A stretch of 64,000 bases of DNA from Vitrella brassicaformis CCMP3155 (GCA_001179505.1 CDMY01000410.1:1-64000), one strand, 5' to 3'; numbered from the stretch's first letter, positions 20,083 through 33,375 are shown. Made by a program: numbers and translations. The notes: a model not told the origin generated them from the sequence alone.

Positions 20083-21375
20083 ATGGCGGACGGGAAGGAA
20101 GTCGATGACGAGCGGCTGCACGTTGCAGCGAAGAAGGGCGATGTGGACGGCATGAAGGAGATCATCGATGCGGCGGAGGACAACGAGGCGAGGAAAGAGC
20201 TCATCAACAGGACAGATCACTACAGCAGGTCAGTGAGGCCAGACCACACAGGATGACGCACATTCGCCATTCATCTCACCTGATCTGTTTGTTATCTGTC
20301 CGTTGGCTTCGTGCACGATATGATGCATTCATTCATGCAGGACGCCATTGCACATGGCTGCTCACGCTGGTACATGCCGAGGGTGCAGTGCATGGCTCAG
20401 TCGTTTCCACGGCTGGTGAACACGTGCTGTGGTGTGTGTGTGCAGGTCAGCTGAGTGCGGTCAAGCTGCTGATCTCCCACGGCGCCTCTACGGCCATTCA
20501 GGCAAAGGATGGCGTCACTTGTCTGCACTTCGCTGCTCAGCAGGGGCACCTGGATGTTGTTGAGTTCGTAAGCTGACACAGGCAGACCAGGCCAGGGATG
20601 GGTCTTACTGACCTACTGTGCGTTCATTCGTGTGTGTGGTGGCACGCGGTGTGTGTGTGTGCAGCTTCTGTCGAAGAAGGCGCATGTGGACAGAGTGATG
20701 AAGGGCAAGAAGACACCGGTGAGCCCAAAAGAAAGAAAGGGGACGCGATGCGATGCGCATCGATGGCCTTGATGTACAAACTCGGGTGTGCGTACTGTAC
20801 GTGTCTGTCGGCCACAGCTGCACTTGGCGTGTCAGAAGGGCCATCTTCAAGTGGCCAAGGCTCTCGTCATTGCCGGTACGATACGAAGACCCATTCGAGA
20901 TCTCGGGACAGAAGCGCCCCTGTTCACGCCTCCTCTCCCTTGTTTATGGTCAGGTGCCGACACGGCCGCAGTCACATCCAAGCAGGAGACCCCCGCCGAC
21001 CTGCTCGCCACAGACGACCTCAAAGCCCAGTGCACGACCGTCTTCGAGGAGGCCAGGCGGACCCTCGAGCAGAGGCAGCAAGAGGCCGATGCAAAGAAGG
21101 CAAACAAGAGGAAACGACCCGACACAGCGGCAGCAGCAGACAAGGCACCAGAAGCTGTTGAAGAACCGTCAGCCGAGGGCGGTGCGGGCGGTGAGGGTCC
21201 GCCGGCGGCAAAGCAGCCCAAGAGGCTGGCGTGTGCGGCGGCTGATGACCTGGAAGAGGAGCGACAAGAGGCAGAGGGGGCAGCCTCTGGATTGGCGGGT
21301 GCATCTCTTGAGCAGGCCATGAAGGCCGCAGCTCAGGCTGCACAGTTTGAGAGCTTTGAGTCGTTCGACGTCTAG
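20083..21375 (+). CDS. Ankyrin-repeat protein with low-complexity C-terminus
   Basis: Repeats RLHVAAKKGDVD, TPLHMAAHAG, GVTCLHFAAQQGHLDV, TALHLACQKGHLQVAKAL, QETPADL. ATG 20083, stop 21373-21375. Confidence 0.9.
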
Positions 21376-21635
21376 TTAGGCAGGCCGGGGACGGACGGAC
21401 GGTGAATGGATGACCGCTTAAGTTGTTACACGTGGGGCAGCTGACGCCTGGTTGTGAGTTCGTCCCACGCCAACACTGACACGCATAAACAAATCTACAT
21501 GTGTCCTGTCCGGACGATAGGTTGAATCTACATGAGATCTCCTCCTGCAATCTCAGCTCGCAGGTTGGGGAGGCTGCTCTTCCCCTTTTCTCCCCAAAAC
21601 ACGTGCATCCTGCTCAGTTGTGAGCGTCCATCGCG

Positions 21636-23441
21636 ATGGCTTTCAGCCCCAAAGCGAGCAACAGCCGGTCAATGACCCCTCCCGGCGCTACAGCACCTGC
21701 AGCGTCCAAGTCCTCCGTCTCGCCATCCACCCGCCCCGGCAGCCGCCCCACCCTCTCCCCCGTGCCCACATCGCCCGTCACACAGACCCTCTCGCGGCCA
21801 GGCAGCCCCATCACCCAGCGAATAGAGGCTCTCAATGCCATCGACTGTGAGGGGCGGAGTGTTATGAGTGGGGGAAGGGCAGAGAGGGGTGGCATGCGTG
21901 TTTTCGGTGTTTTCGGTCGTGTTTGTGCAGTTGAGGCGACGTTGGGTGAGAAGGTGATGATGTCAAGGACACATCTCTCGGAGGCGGCAGGGATTCGAGA
22001 CAACCTCATCCGGACGGCACAGCACCAGTTCATGACCGACAGGCAGCGGGAGCGGATGAGGCAGGAGCACAAACGGGTCGCTATCATTCAGAGAGAGGTC
22101 AGTCGAGTCGCGCATATATGGCACTGGTGGGTGACCTTCCGTCACACGTGTCCTTATGCAGGCGGTGAGCGGTCAGCTTGAGCGGCATTTGAAGCGTGCG
22201 AGAGCCGAGCATGACGCGCTCATCCTCAGAGCCAACGAGAGAGCACACACCGAATTCGCACAGGCACGGGTGGGTATCCGATAAGGAAACACAAGTCCAT
22301 CCAATCCACACATGTCAGCCTTGCGTCTTGTATGGTTGTCAGTGTGAGCTTCGTGTGGAGGAGGTGCGTCAGCACCTGGACAGGGTGGATCGTCAGCTGA
22401 TTGCCGACGACTTCGCGGGGCGGAATGCGAGCCGAGTTGCCGAGGCCATCGACGTGTACCGGACGATTCTCGCAAAGGTGACACCAGATAGGGGGAATTT
22501 GCTGGTCCATTGCACGTGTGTGTGTGTGTGTGGTGTGCAGCACGGGCCCACCTTGTCGGACTACGAGAGGCTGCACAAGCGGCTCACATTGTGAGTGAGA
22601 TGCAGCCACAATACATCCAACAAGCCATGAATTTTCTGTTTGTTGTGGTCATCAGTTTGCGCCAGAAGAGCGTGGCGTCCCCCACCAGCAACGTCAACAT
22701 GATCGTCTTCGACGATGCGGGTCACTGACCACACAAGAGAAAGGAGAGACACACGTGGCTTTGCATGGTGTGTCCGGCTGTGTGCAGGAGCGGCTGTCGT
22801 GTCTCCCACGCACCAGCCGCACTATTCTGATCTGCTCAAAGAAGTCAAGACGGCCAAGACACCAAAGAGAGGTCAGGTCATTCAGTCGACTCGACACTTA
22901 GGCTTTCCTCTCATGTGGTTGCCTTGCCACCCAGCTCAGCTCTTGCTGTGTGTTCATTTCATTATATATCCGTCTCTTTTTTTAGGCATGAGTGTGGTGT
23001 CGTTGGCTCACAAGGGCGTGCCGCCCGAAAGGCCAAAGACGGCGGGGCGGCTCAAACCGACCAAGTCGAGGGCGCTGCGGCGGTACACAAAGCTAGCCAG
23101 ACAAGAAGGCAGACACGAGACGCATCCTGGCCGTTCTGCAGGTTTGTGTTGGCACCCACCTTCAACGAGAACCTTCGCGCAGGTACGCTCTCAGAGAGAC
23201 GCCAAGCACCGTGATACCTGTGTGTCGTGTCTCTGCCTGGATTGATGATGTTGCATCAGCCGACGAGAAGATGATATGCCGGCAGGGTGTGGTGCCCGAG
23301 CTGATCTCAAACACACTACACGAGGCCAAGTGCCGGTCGCCATTGACCTTCGACAAGGCGTCGGCCACCGTATTTCGCACAACCACACCGCCACTCACCC
23401 CGGCCAACCGAGAGCCGCGAAAGCAGATGAGACTTGAATGA
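21636..23441 (+). CDS. Hypothetical protein, Ser/Pro-rich N-terminus and coiled-coil core, multi-exon
   Basis: Coding-like exons separated by GT-AG introns, from MAFSPKASNSRS to ...REPRKQMRLE*. No recognisable family motif. Confidence 0.6.
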
Positions 23442-24056
23442 GCGAGTGACGGGTGGATGAATGGATGGCTGGATGATGCGGCGGGGCTGGTCAGTGGGTG
23501 GATGAGGGGCGGACTGACGCACAACTGACGCACCGAGCTTGAGCTGAGAGAGGCTGTGACGGCTCCTGTCTGTGTGTGTGGCTGTTGTTCCTGAGTGATT
23601 GACTGGCCTGGATAGACCGACAGACGAGAGTGAGTGCGTCGACGGTACACACACATACATTCCATTCAATCAACTGCTGGTGTCATTGGTTGATTGACGT
23701 GCGCATCGCATGTACAATCGAGAAGTGTCTGTCTGTACACACACATGGTTGGCATACATCGTCACCACACACAACGCACCCACACGCAAGCACACGCATC
23801 CTTAGTCTGTGGTATTTATTGCCTGCACATGGCATGGCCTCCTTGTGTCTGCCTCCTGTCCACAAACCCACCGGCCACGACTCCTCCAGACGCCACTCCG
23901 TCGAGCGTCTGAGCAAACGTAGCCGCTGCGTTGTTTACAGGATGGAGAACAACGGAAGGCAGCGCCAACCCTCATGATCGATCAGAACAGCCGCTCCGAT
24001 AGCCCCCTCCCTCCCTCGATCTGTCTGTCTGTCTGTCTGCCCCCCATTCCCTCTAT

Positions 24057-25530
24057 CTACGAGAAGATGTCGTCCAGCAGGTCGTCGGCGGTCTTCTCCT
24101 GGTTATCCTCACTCTCCTCCTTCTGCGTCGCATCGCTGTCCTCACCCCCACCATCAACACCGCCACCACCATCATCCCTCCCAGACCCTGATGCTGCTGC
24201 TGCTGCTGCCGGACCAGCTGCCGCAGCAGCGGCGGCAGCAGCAGCAGGCGCCCCTCGCCGCGGCAGGTCGGGTACTGTCACACCAACGGGCGCCGAACCG
24301 GAAAGCAGGTGGGACAGGCCCGCACTCTCCTGCACAGGTGGGGGTGCCGCCATGTCCTCCTCGATGGGCTGTGAGGGGACTGGCGGGCGGTGGTCGTCCA
24401 TGTCCATGTCCATCTCCATCCCTCCGAAGTTGAAGAAGTCGTCATCGTCCTGGTCGTCGCGGCGTCCGGGGGCCCGCATGTCGTCCATGTCGTCTCGGTT
24501 GTCATCGATGTTGGAGGAGGGCGGGCGCCGCATGGCCTTGGCTTTGGCCTTGGCGCGACCCTTGCCCTTCGCCTTGCCCTTGGCCTTGGCCTTGCCTGAA
24601 CCAACACACACACGCACACACACACACACACAGGAGCGCAGCAGTGAGATGACGGCACCGGTGAGGTGATTGTCGTGTGTGTTACCCACCTTTTGCTTTC
24701 CCCTTGGCTTTGGCTTTGGTCTTGGCCCGTCCGCTGCGGGTCTCCTCCTCAGTGTCGTCAGCATCGTCACCGTCCATGCCGGCCTCCCGCTTCACCCGCG
24801 CGCCGCTGTCGTCATCCGACTCCTGCTTGACCCTCTCATCAACGAGCTCGTCACGCTCATGCTTGAGCCCGCGCAGCTTCTCCTTCTTGTCGTTGAGGAT
24901 GGCCGCGAACTTGACCATCATGTGATGCTTGTGCGCCTCGCCCGCCTCACCGCCCTTGGCGCCGTCCCTCAGGCGCCTCCCGAGGTTGTGCATGAGCAGT
25001 GTGTGGCCGGCGGTGAGGGTGCTCTGGCGCTGCCGGTTGCTCTCCTGGGCGGCGAGATGCATGGCGAAGAGCCGGTCGATGGCGGCGTGGTTGGACTCCT
25101 CCGACAGGTGGATGTCGCGCGTCATGGTCCTGAAGTACGGTTGCCGCTGGCCGGTGAGCTTCTGGCCGTGCCCCACCTTGATGACGCACGTGTGGTGGGA
25201 CGAGTAGGGGGAGGGCGGGGCGAAGGAAGGCTCCACGCGGTAGGCGTCAGGCTGCGATACCGACAGGGCGTCGACGAGCTTCTGTCGGGTGGCTTGGTCG
25301 TCCCAGATGAGACCGCTGCCATGGCTGTCCTCACTCAGATCTCCGCGCTCGATTTTGCCCGAGTAGAACCGCTGGCCGTCGTAGAGAAGCAGTGTGGCGA
25401 TGGCATGCGACGGGTTGGCGGGCAGTTGGTCGGGGAAAGGGCCGGGCCATGTCGACTGCAGACGGAGGTTCTGATCATCGTAGGAAAACTCAAGCACGTG
25501 GTACTCTGAAGCAGCAGAGTCGTCGCCCAT
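24057..25530 (-). CDS. XRCC4: XRCC4-like non-homologous end-joining protein (2 exons)
   Basis: Beta-rich head (ATLLLYDGQRFYSGKI), then a helical stalk with MMVKFAAILNDKKEKLRGL, resembling the XRCC4 ligase IV-binding motif F-x-x-V-L-N-E-K-K-x-K-I-R-x-L. Acidic/basic disordered tail ends DDLLDDIFS*. Confidence 0.7.
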
Positions 25531-25686
25531 CGTGCCGCAATTAGTTTTGGGCGGGATCTCCCTCTGACTTCAAGCTGTAAGGCCGCCTAGGGTGCCGCGT
25601 GAAACCGCTCCCTGAATCCTCGCGAAACCGCTGCTGCGACGAGGGAACGGGAGAAGGTGGAGAGAAGGCGTGTAGAGCTTGTAGGA

Positions 25687-27633
25687 ATGTCGAAACAGCA
25701 TGAGGTGAGAGAAGAGGAGCCAAGCAAAGCACGTGGTACATCGCGGCTGTGCGAAGCGGCTGCGCTGGGCTCTGTTTAATCGTGTTGTTTGTCCTGCGAA
25801 CGCTCTTCAGATGTCAATGGCGGCGATGTGGGAGAAGCTGCTGTCCCAGGTAGAAGCCTTTCAGACCAATCAGGCGAAGGCAAGTAATCAGCACACTCAC
25901 TCATTCAGTGCAATGCCATCCATCAGTCATCGGTTGGCTGCTTTGTGTTGTCTTGTGTGACGCTCAGGTCAACAGTTCCATCGACCGACTCTCTCAGATG
26001 GGCACCGCTATGATCACACCACTGGTGCGGACAGACTGCCAGTCAGTACACCACAGACTCACCCCTGTGTCATGATGCTCTCATTCATTCATTCTTCAGA
26101 TGGTGGCCAAGGTCAGTCGTCAACTCGCCAACGAATCCGCCCGTCTAGCCGAGCTGGCGGACGGCATCGACTCCACCTTCGAACTCACAACACACACGCG
26201 CACAGGTGGGAAAGTGCACGCCTACACCAACATGAGAGCCATAAGGACGTGGCTGCGTGATGGACACATGTCTGTCTGTATCACTTCAGGTTCAGCGGTT
26301 GCATCTGACAGACATCCCTGCCGACCCCATGAGCATCGTCATCGCGCTGTCTGACCTCACGACCATTGGCCGATTCAAATCGACAGCCCGACCCATCAGG
26401 AATGCCCTCCGGCCGATCGTGCGCCGCTTTCGGCTGCGAATGGCCATCGAGGTGGCGGGGCTGGGCGGTGTGGTGCGGTTCGGCGATAAGCTGAGCGACG
26501 GCGATGTGATGAAGGCCATGTGGGTGGTGGAGGAGGGGGGCGAGGGCGGCTGGGGGGAAGGTGGCCGACACACTCAGAGTCGCCGAGCGGTGCGGCAATT
26601 GCCAGCTGCCGGTCATTGTGGGTGCTGCGGATCTACAGGCACACGCCACCAAGGCGGTAAACACGACACACAGAAGAGGCAATGGGTGGGCTGTTGGATG
26701 TGTGTGTGTATTCTTCATTCAGGATTTCTTGGCGCTGCCCCGTTTCTGTGCGCAGTGGATGATCGTCGGCCGCCATGTGGCCCTCCGCCGCCCCACCGGC
26801 CAGCAAGACGGCACACTTCAGTTGTTCCGCCACAGCAACATCGAGATCCGGATCATCCGCAACGAGCCCGGCTTCACCATCACCCTCAACCCGCCCCTCC
26901 CCCAGCCCACCCGCCCCATCCATCCCTTCTCGCAGCACCCCTTCACCCACCACGCCAAGCCACACGACCCGCCAGTCCGCTGCCGCATCCGGTGGCAACC
27001 TGGTGTGGGCTGGATGACGCTTCGTGTCAACGACGGGCATGTTTACGCCTCGGCGAGCTCCGTGTTGAAGCGTCTGGTGCTGCGTCACCGGCTGTTGGCT
27101 GTGGGCGGCTTCACCTACTCGCCAGCAGTGGTGGTGGAGGGTGAGTGGTGGATGGAAGACACGCAATGAGAGGGCAAATGGCTATGTGGTGCGCTACTGA
27201 TGTGTGTGTCAGGAGTGTACGTGGCGGCCACTTCGACCGCATCATCACCCAATCGCCGCACACGGCCCTCAACTCATCCTCGGATGTGCTGACATGGGAG
27301 GCGGCGAATGGGCGGTGTACACAGGTGCATATGCTCATTACGGCTGCCGATCCGTTCATCGCATGGATTAACTTTGGCATCCAGCCAGGCAACAGCCAGA
27401 GCGGTACGTATGCACATTGACAACCCATCCTCAGGCTGTCGTATCGTCTGATCCTGTGCTGTGCTATTGTCTGCACAAAAGCAGTTCACGTCAAGATTAC
27501 TAATAGCGAGGCGCCAGCAGCAGGTGTCCCCCATGACGCGTTCTTCGCACAGCGATTCCCTCGGACGGCCGCCAAGGTTTGTCGCGTCCTCGGGCCAATT
27601 GCCGCGATCGTGCTTGATGGCCAGGCGCCTTAG
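25687..27633 (+). pseudogene. F-box-like family, copy 1 (frameshifted)
   Basis: Exon-by-exon homologous to 38893-40893. A +1 nt at ~26558 (ggggaaggtggcc vs ggggaggtgagt) shifts GWGEV to GWGEGGRH. The downstream frame resumes as DTLRVAERCG and ends VLDGQAP*. A sequencing error cannot be excluded. Confidence 0.7.
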
Positions 27634-27701
27634 ACGGCTTTGCAACATTAATTTTGGGAATGAATTCATCCATGGCCATGAACGCGTTTGTGTGCAAGCA
27701 C

Positions 27702-30700
27702 ATGCCTGTACGTGAAATACATTCAGCCGGGCGTATGTATGCATGGATTCAATCAAACTCGCGAGCTTCGAGCTTGCATTTGAAAAACGCTCTCCCTTCG
27801 TCCCCCTTCCTTTCTGCACAGGAGCAGTCAACGCAGTCAGAATGAGTACAAGGGTAAGAAACAAGCACGTTTTGGCCGCCTTGCACAAGGCGCCACATCT
27901 CTCCTTCGTCGCCACTCCTCGATGATGTAACACGCTGTGTGTTCAGCCGAAAGCCAAGCCCAAAGGCACGCCCAAAGCCTCTGTCAAGCTGACGGGAGGG
28001 GAAGCGGGCAGAGCGGCCAAGACGGCAATCGGCAAGGCGACCAAGGCCAAGCGGCCCAAGGCGGCCTCCACCCCCGCCCCAGCAGCTGCCATCAGATTCC
28101 AGGAGTTGTCGAGGAGCCAGGGGCCGTCACCACGTGCAGCAGGGGGAGTGCCAGGTGCCTCCCCCCGGTCTGCACTGGCAGGGGCCTCGCCGCGGGCGGC
28201 CAGCTCTCCTCGGGTGGGCGGGTCTCTCAAAAAGGGCGTGACGATTCAGGCACCCGAGGCGACGCCGGATGAGGGCATGACGAGGGACCAGATGAAGAAG
28301 TACTTCCGCCGTATCAGTGTGGTGCAGCGACGCAAGAGGGAGATGGAGGACCAGCGAGTGCAGGCACTCATCGTAAGCAGACAGAGAGAGAGAAATGCAC
28401 ATGCCACCCGACCCGCATGTGTGTCTTGTCACGTCACACACGTGATGTGGTAGGCGTGTGTCTGTGTTTCTTGGCACTAGGACAAGGCCGAGGCGAAGGA
28501 GCGTGAAACGGCCGAGCGTCTGAGGCGTCTGCAGGAGGAGAAGGAGCGGCGGGCGGCCGAAGTCGATGCACAGAGACAAGAGGCCATGGCGCGGGCGGCC
28601 GCACTTGCAGAAGAGAGACAGAGACAGGCCGAGGTACCATCCAAGAGCGAACCAACAGACCGAGAGCCACTCTGGTTCGCTTCTTTCTCCTTGTCTGTTG
28701 TGTGGTGTGCAATGCAGGCTCACATGCAGATCCGGCGTCACGATCGTGAGTCTGCGGCTGCCCGCCGGATGCGACTGATCGAGGAGCACCGCCGGCGAAT
28801 GAGAGAGCTGGGTGACAACGCAGAGGGCCTCAGAAGGGCGAGAGAACTGGAAGAGGAAAGACTCAGACAACTCATGGTCAGCCTACACACCAAGCACACA
28901 ACATACCAAATCCGTCGCTCAGTGCTGCCGGCCGATGTCGTTGCTGCAGGCCCACTTGGAGGACAAGCACGGGGCGGAGACTGTGGACGAGGGGGGCTAC
29001 CCGGTGTCGCCCCAGGCTGCTGCCAAGGCCAGGGCGGCCCTGGTGCGGGAGACGCAGGCACGCGTCAACAACCTGTACTTGCAGGAGCAGAACGTCAGAC
29101 GGGCCACCGTGTTCCTCGAGATAGAGGGCAGACAACTCATGGTAAAACAGAGAGGGGAGGGAGGCATGCATGTCGTCAGCGGGGTGTGGTTTCTTCACTT
29201 TGTCTTGACGTGCATTAGGAGCGATTGGCTCACGAGGAGATGATAGAGAAGCGTGCGTCGTCGATGATGATGATCAGCGAGGAGGGGGAGGAGGGAATCG
29301 ACCCGTTCAAAGAGGGCGCGCCGCCCATAGAGCCGCCACCACTACACCCATCCGTATAACACACAAGACACGCACACGCAGAGAGAGAGAGAGAAAGAAG
29401 CCATCCGCCCAGCTCTCCCCATGTGTGGCCGTTGATGCAGCTGCAGGCAGGTATCCTTCACGAGCAGGCCCGTCAGACCATGCTCGAGGAGCAGCGCCGC
29501 CAGAGCATGATGATGATGCCGCCACCAGACCCAATGATGCTCATGCAACAGCAGCCAGCCCGTGCAAGCATCATGGTCCCACCACCACCACCACCCCAAT
29601 CAATGCAGCTGTCGCCTGAGGAGACTGCTCGTCAGCAGGCGTTCCGTCACAGCGTCCACCCCTTAGCCATGGCCGCGCGCCCGGGTGGCCCCCTGCTGTC
29701 ATCTGACGAGCGCAGTCTTGCACAGATGAGGAGTTCCAGCCAGTCGCTTGAGCTGTCAAGCGAGAAGGCCTTCCAGCAGCAGCTGCTGGGAGTTCCGCCG
29801 GGAGGGCTGCAGGCTGTTCCCAGTGCGCTGCACGCGATGCCGAGCGGCACGTCGATTGGCCAGGGCACGGTCCTCACGGCGACGAGCGGGGGGAGCGACC
29901 AGATGGCCGCCGGAGGTAGGTGTGCAGGGGAGAGGCACTCAACTACGTGTGGGAGTCATGATGTTGATTGATATGTGTCTGGTAGGTGTGAGCAGGAGTG
30001 TGCCTCCTTTCCCAGTCGCCCCACCAACAGTCACAGGCCCAGACGGCATCGCCGTCGTCCCTCCGCCTCCCGCCCCACTACAAGGCCAACCACCGCTCCC
30101 ACCAGGGGTGTCTCCTGCAGCCATGGCGGCCGGCCTCGTACCTCCACCACACGACCTGGCTGCAGCACGACATGGGTCGCAGGCCATTCCTGGGCTGGGG
30201 GGAGTCCCTCTGCTGTCGCCTGAGGAGAGAGGCCTCGCACACGCCCGCAGTGCCAGTCACATGATCGAGCTGGCCCCGTATGGCAGGACATATCAGAGTC
30301 GATTCGAGATTCAGTCAGGTCAAGCCGGGCAGGCAGGGCCGCCGGCTGCTGGTGGCCTTACCCCACTTGCACCAGGGGCGGCGGGCCAGCAGATGATCTT
30401 CCCTCCGGCTGCTGGTAGGGCACAAACAGAGGGTGTGGTGTTTGGAAGGTGAGCTCATTGCCGTGTCTGCCTTTTTTGGCAGGTGTCCTAGGTGTCCCAG
30501 GCGTCATTCCAGGGGGCGTGGGTGAGGTCGTCCCTTCGGGCCCCGAGCTATCCTTCCCCTCACCCACAGGGCCAGCCGGTGCAGTGAGCCAACAAATCAT
30601 TCTGCCTGGTGGGGTGGGAGGGAAGTGAAACGAACACACCAGACCACACCCACATGCGCCGCGCCGCGCCCTCATTGCAATGGCCGTGCCGTGTCTCTGT

Positions 30701-31612
30701 GTCTTTTGCAGGTATATCTCCAGTTGTGCAGGGGGCTGCTGCAGTCGAGCCAGAGCAGCCGGGTGTTGCTGCACTAGCCGGTGCAGCGGCTGGACCAGGT
30801 CAAGTGACCCAGCAGGTCCCTGTTGCTGGTATGGACTTGGTTGAGACAGAAATGTGCGTGCACAAATGTATGTGACCTCATTGGTTTGTTGTGTCTCTAT
30901 CCTTTTTCCAGGTGTCCCTCCAGGTGTGAGCAAGAGCGTGCCTCCAGCCACCCAGCAAGAGCCCTCCCTTTCCTCCCCACCAGGAGGCATCACAGCGGCA
31001 GGGCCAGTACCCGGTGTCGGCGCCCCCGGCAACCTCCCTCCCGCCCTCCAAGCCACCACACAGATCCCCCTCCCCACAGCCACCGCTATCGGCCCCTTCC
31101 CACCGGGCCAGCCAGCGGCACTCCCGCTCTCAGGACGTCCAGGTGCTGTGGTCGGCAAGTACCGTGCCGCGTCGCCTTTCCCAGCCGCCACAGGTCTCAC
31201 CTACGAGCAGTGGGTGAAGCAGCTGGCCGGCCGATACCCCGTGTACGAGTTCCGTTCGGCAACTCCTGGGCCACAGATGATGCGCTCCTCTCGTCCGACA
31301 GCCTCCATGTCCTTCGATCACCTGCCGGGGGTGCGTGCGGTGTCGGCCCGACCGATGCGCAGAAGGGGCAGCTCGTCATGCCTCGTCAAGAACAGCCCCT
31401 GCAGCTGCAAGTCCAAGGTGGCCAAGGGCAGCCGAGAGGCGACGAGAGCCGCTATCCCCCAGCAGATTGCCATGGCGGCCCGGAAGGACCTGACGGACAG
31501 TGCGGTGAGTGAGTGGATGAGTGACAATGGCATGACGGGCCCGGTGCCGAGGGAGGCGTTGGGTAAGGGGCTGGTGGTCAACAGGAAGAGCTGCTGCCGA
31601 CAGAAAAAGTGA
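27702..31612 (+). CDS. Hypothetical protein: Lys/Ala-rich N-terminus, long charged coiled coil, Pro/Gln/Gly-rich C-terminus
   Basis: In-frame spliced exons MPVREIHSAG|RAVNAVRMSTR|PKAKPKGTPK..., an E/R-rich coiled coil (28300-29250) and a Pro-rich tail. Ends are approximate. Confidence 0.65.
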
Positions 31613-32047
31613 AAGGGGAAGCATGGACTGACTGACTGGCGAATGTGTTAATGTAATGGGTGCAGGGAGGGAGGGAGGGCGAGGCGAGGCAGCTGAGCTG
31701 CTGATTATTCGTGTCACTGATTGATTGCATTACGCAGGGAGGGAGAAAGATTGCCCAACCGGCGTGCGTCGTCCATTGGTCCATCGATCCATCTACCTAT
31801 CTATTTTGCCGACTGAGAAATGAAGTGGGCCGGGTCAGTCAGCTGTGGGGTGAAACTGAGTAGGGATTCGCCTCCTTCAACTCAATGCATGTTCGTGTTT
31901 CTCATCCCTCCCTCCCTCAACCCATCACTCCCTCCCGAATGCTCAAATGCGGCCGGCTATTGCAAAACCCATTTATCTTATCCGATCAGACAAAAACCGC
32001 TTCGACAGGGAAGGAAGATAACCGTCACCCAAGCCCCACACAACCAC

Positions 32048-33274
32048 TCACTGTCGGCTGTACAGATGGTAAGGCACTGGGTGGCAGTCATGTGTGCCCT
32101 CGTTGGCCTCCCGCATAATTGTGTCACGGACACGCTTCGCCAGTGGGCCCGGTTGGCCCGTGCCGATAGGCCGTCCGTCCAGCTCGACGATCGACTCCAC
32201 GTGCCAGTCGCCCGACAGCATCAGCAACTCCTCCGCCTGCACTCTCACAACATACCATACACAGAGAGAGATACAGATGTTTGTCGATGTCGCTTCTGTG
32301 TCTGTGTGTGTGTGTGTGACCTGGTATACGGTGTCCAGGGGCACCTCCTGTTGCCGGACGTCCTTGAGCTCGCCACTGGCACACATGTCGCGGCAAATGT
32401 CCATGCACCGCCGCACCGTCGTGCCCGCCAGGATGCAGTCGAATGGCGGCGTAAGGAACTCCTTGTCCTTGGTCAGCACCCCCACGCAGCACACGGCCGC
32501 CTCGGCCAGCTTGCCGTCGTAGGTGAGGATGCCATACCGCCCTCCCTTCTCGGTGCTCTCCATCGACATGAGCGCATTAAGAAGGTAGTTGTTGCTCTTC
32601 ATCGTCGCCAGCAGCTTTGGCTTCATCGGCACACTCACAGTGAACTCCCGGATGCCCTCACCCTGACGCAAGTCGAGAGTCTCCTCGCCAGCCGAGTGGG
32701 CGGGGTGCGATCCCCACACCACCACATAGAGGGAGGCCGACTGGCACTCTGCCGGGTGCAGGGCGAAGCCGCCCACCCCCGCGCCCATCCAGTATCTCAG
32801 GTTGGCGGTTTTCTTGCCGCTGGCGGCCGCCGTCTGCTGGATGATGGAGCGAAGGTCGTCCTTGGTCCACTTGTGGGCAATGCGGGCGGTGGCTGCCGAC
32901 TTGAGGAACCGGTCCAGATGGATGTCCACTCTGTAGAGGTTGCCATTGAAGAGCGAGCACGTGTCGAACACTGCGTGGCCGCGGTGCACCACTGCACGAG
33001 CAGAGAACGATGTGTGAAAAGGCCGGGCTGTGTGTGTGTGTGTGTGGTCATGGCTTGGCTTACAGTGGTCATCAATGGGAACGCTCATGAGGTTTGTGTC
33101 TGTCACGATGCCACCGATCACACTCGAGTACATGGCATAGATCTTGGCAGATCCTCGCCTGTCCCTCATCGCCTTCAGGTAGGACGACTCATCGAAGATG
33201 GGCACAGGGACTGCAGGCATCTTTCCCGATGCTTTCCTGCCGCTGCTTTCAAGCCCATTCGCCACACCATTCAT
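32048..33274 (-). CDS. PLP-dependent class IV aminotransferase, plant-type D-amino-acid transaminase / aminodeoxychorismate lyase (3 exons)
   Basis: AMYSSVIGGIVTD...VPIDDH|VVHRGHAVFDT, HLDRFLKSA, LRYWMGAGVGGFAL, catalytic Lys region LATMKSNNYLLN, AEAAVCCV, ILAGTT. Confidence 0.9.
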   Translation of the reverse strand: MNGVANGLESSGRKASGKMPAVPVPIFDESSYLKAMRDRRGSAKIYAMYSSVIGGIVTDTNLMSVPIDDHCKPSHDHTHTHTARPFHTSFSARAVVHRGHAVFDTCSLFNGNLYRVDIHLDRFLKSAATARIAHKWTKDDLRSIIQQTAAASGKKTANLRYWMGAGVGGFALHPAECQSASLYVVVWGSHPAHSAGEETLDLRQGEGIREFTVSVPMKPKLLATMKSNNYLLNALMSMESTEKGGRYGILTYDGKLAEAAVCCVGVLTKDKEFLTPPFDCILAGTTVRRCMDICRDMCASGELKDVRQQEVPLDTVYQVTHTHTDTEATSTNICISLCVWYVVRVQAEELLMLSGDWHVESIVELDGRPIGTGQPGPLAKRVRDTIMREANEGTHDCHPVPYHLYSRQ

Positions 33275-33375
33275 TTTTTCTCATTCGGTCTGAGGGTTTC
33301 TGGGGTGCGGGGTTTGGCTTAGCTCGCAGACGCAAGGTGCAGACCGCTGCTGCAGATCTTTTGCAACCTGGCTTG

